Of a stretch of DNA of 64,000 nt, positions 63,864 through 64,000 are shown one piece after another. Each line of letters opens with the position of its first letter. The stretch's first letter is position 1. The stretch covers positions 1 to 64,000 of the IMG/VR virus record IMGVR_UViG_3300009545_000018, one strand, 5' to 3'. The position numbers were made by a program, and so were the translations under genes. The notes under the pieces were generated by a model, which was not told the DNA's origin, did not search any database, and was given only the letters and a program-made list of their open reading frames with translations.

Positions 63864-64000
63864 GAAAATTTCCAAAAGTTTGCCAGGTATAACTATTCGT
63901 TTGCCAAACCCTAAAACAAAAATTAAACAAGATTATTTAAGTCGTTTCTATTTTTTCTTAGCTGATCGAGATTTTGGAAACATATTCTTACATCACTTTC

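Noticed and set aside
1-64000. Stop-codon reassignment, as in some large phages
   Set aside because: Standard code 11 gives dense, intact ORFs. TAA, TGA and TAG all end genes at coupled junctions, and no suppressor tRNA is seen.
1-64000. Eukaryotic giant-virus origin, suggested by HRxDGPA repeats and many zinc fingers
   Set aside because: SD sequences, overlapping stop/start coupling, Rho-independent terminators, lipoboxes and an SLT indicate a bacterial host.

Overview
64 kb of a large (jumbo-type) bacteriophage genome, apparently an early/accessory arm. It holds roughly 170 tightly packed small genes, almost all on the + strand, often with ATGA/TAATG translational coupling. No virion, terminase or replication genes are visible. 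Recognisable products include a sulfatase, ATP-grasp, deaminase, nucleotidyltransferase-like protein, RNA ligase, Hsp20, two metallophosphoesterases, S53 protease, CoaE, SLT, and HNH, LAGLIDADG and GIY-YIG endonucleases, plus 4 tRNAs and one tRNA-like RNA. Main patterns found by hand: (1) a 15-bp motif CCCATC-N3-TAACGG in 45 co-oriented copies, very often exactly 30 nt before an SD-less ATG, suggesting a phage-specific promoter for leaderless mRNAs; (2) about 31 small proteins built on at least four different N-terminal scaffolds that all end in the same K-L-K-A-F-x-COOH tail, a candidate modular adaptor or targeting system; (3) a duplicated ~230-270 nt structured ncRNA with compensatory base changes; (4) two face-to-face sigma54-like double sites; (5) non-canonical tRNAs. 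The host is unknown; a high-GC, possibly myxobacterial host is only a weak inference. All calls come from manual reading and no database search was run.
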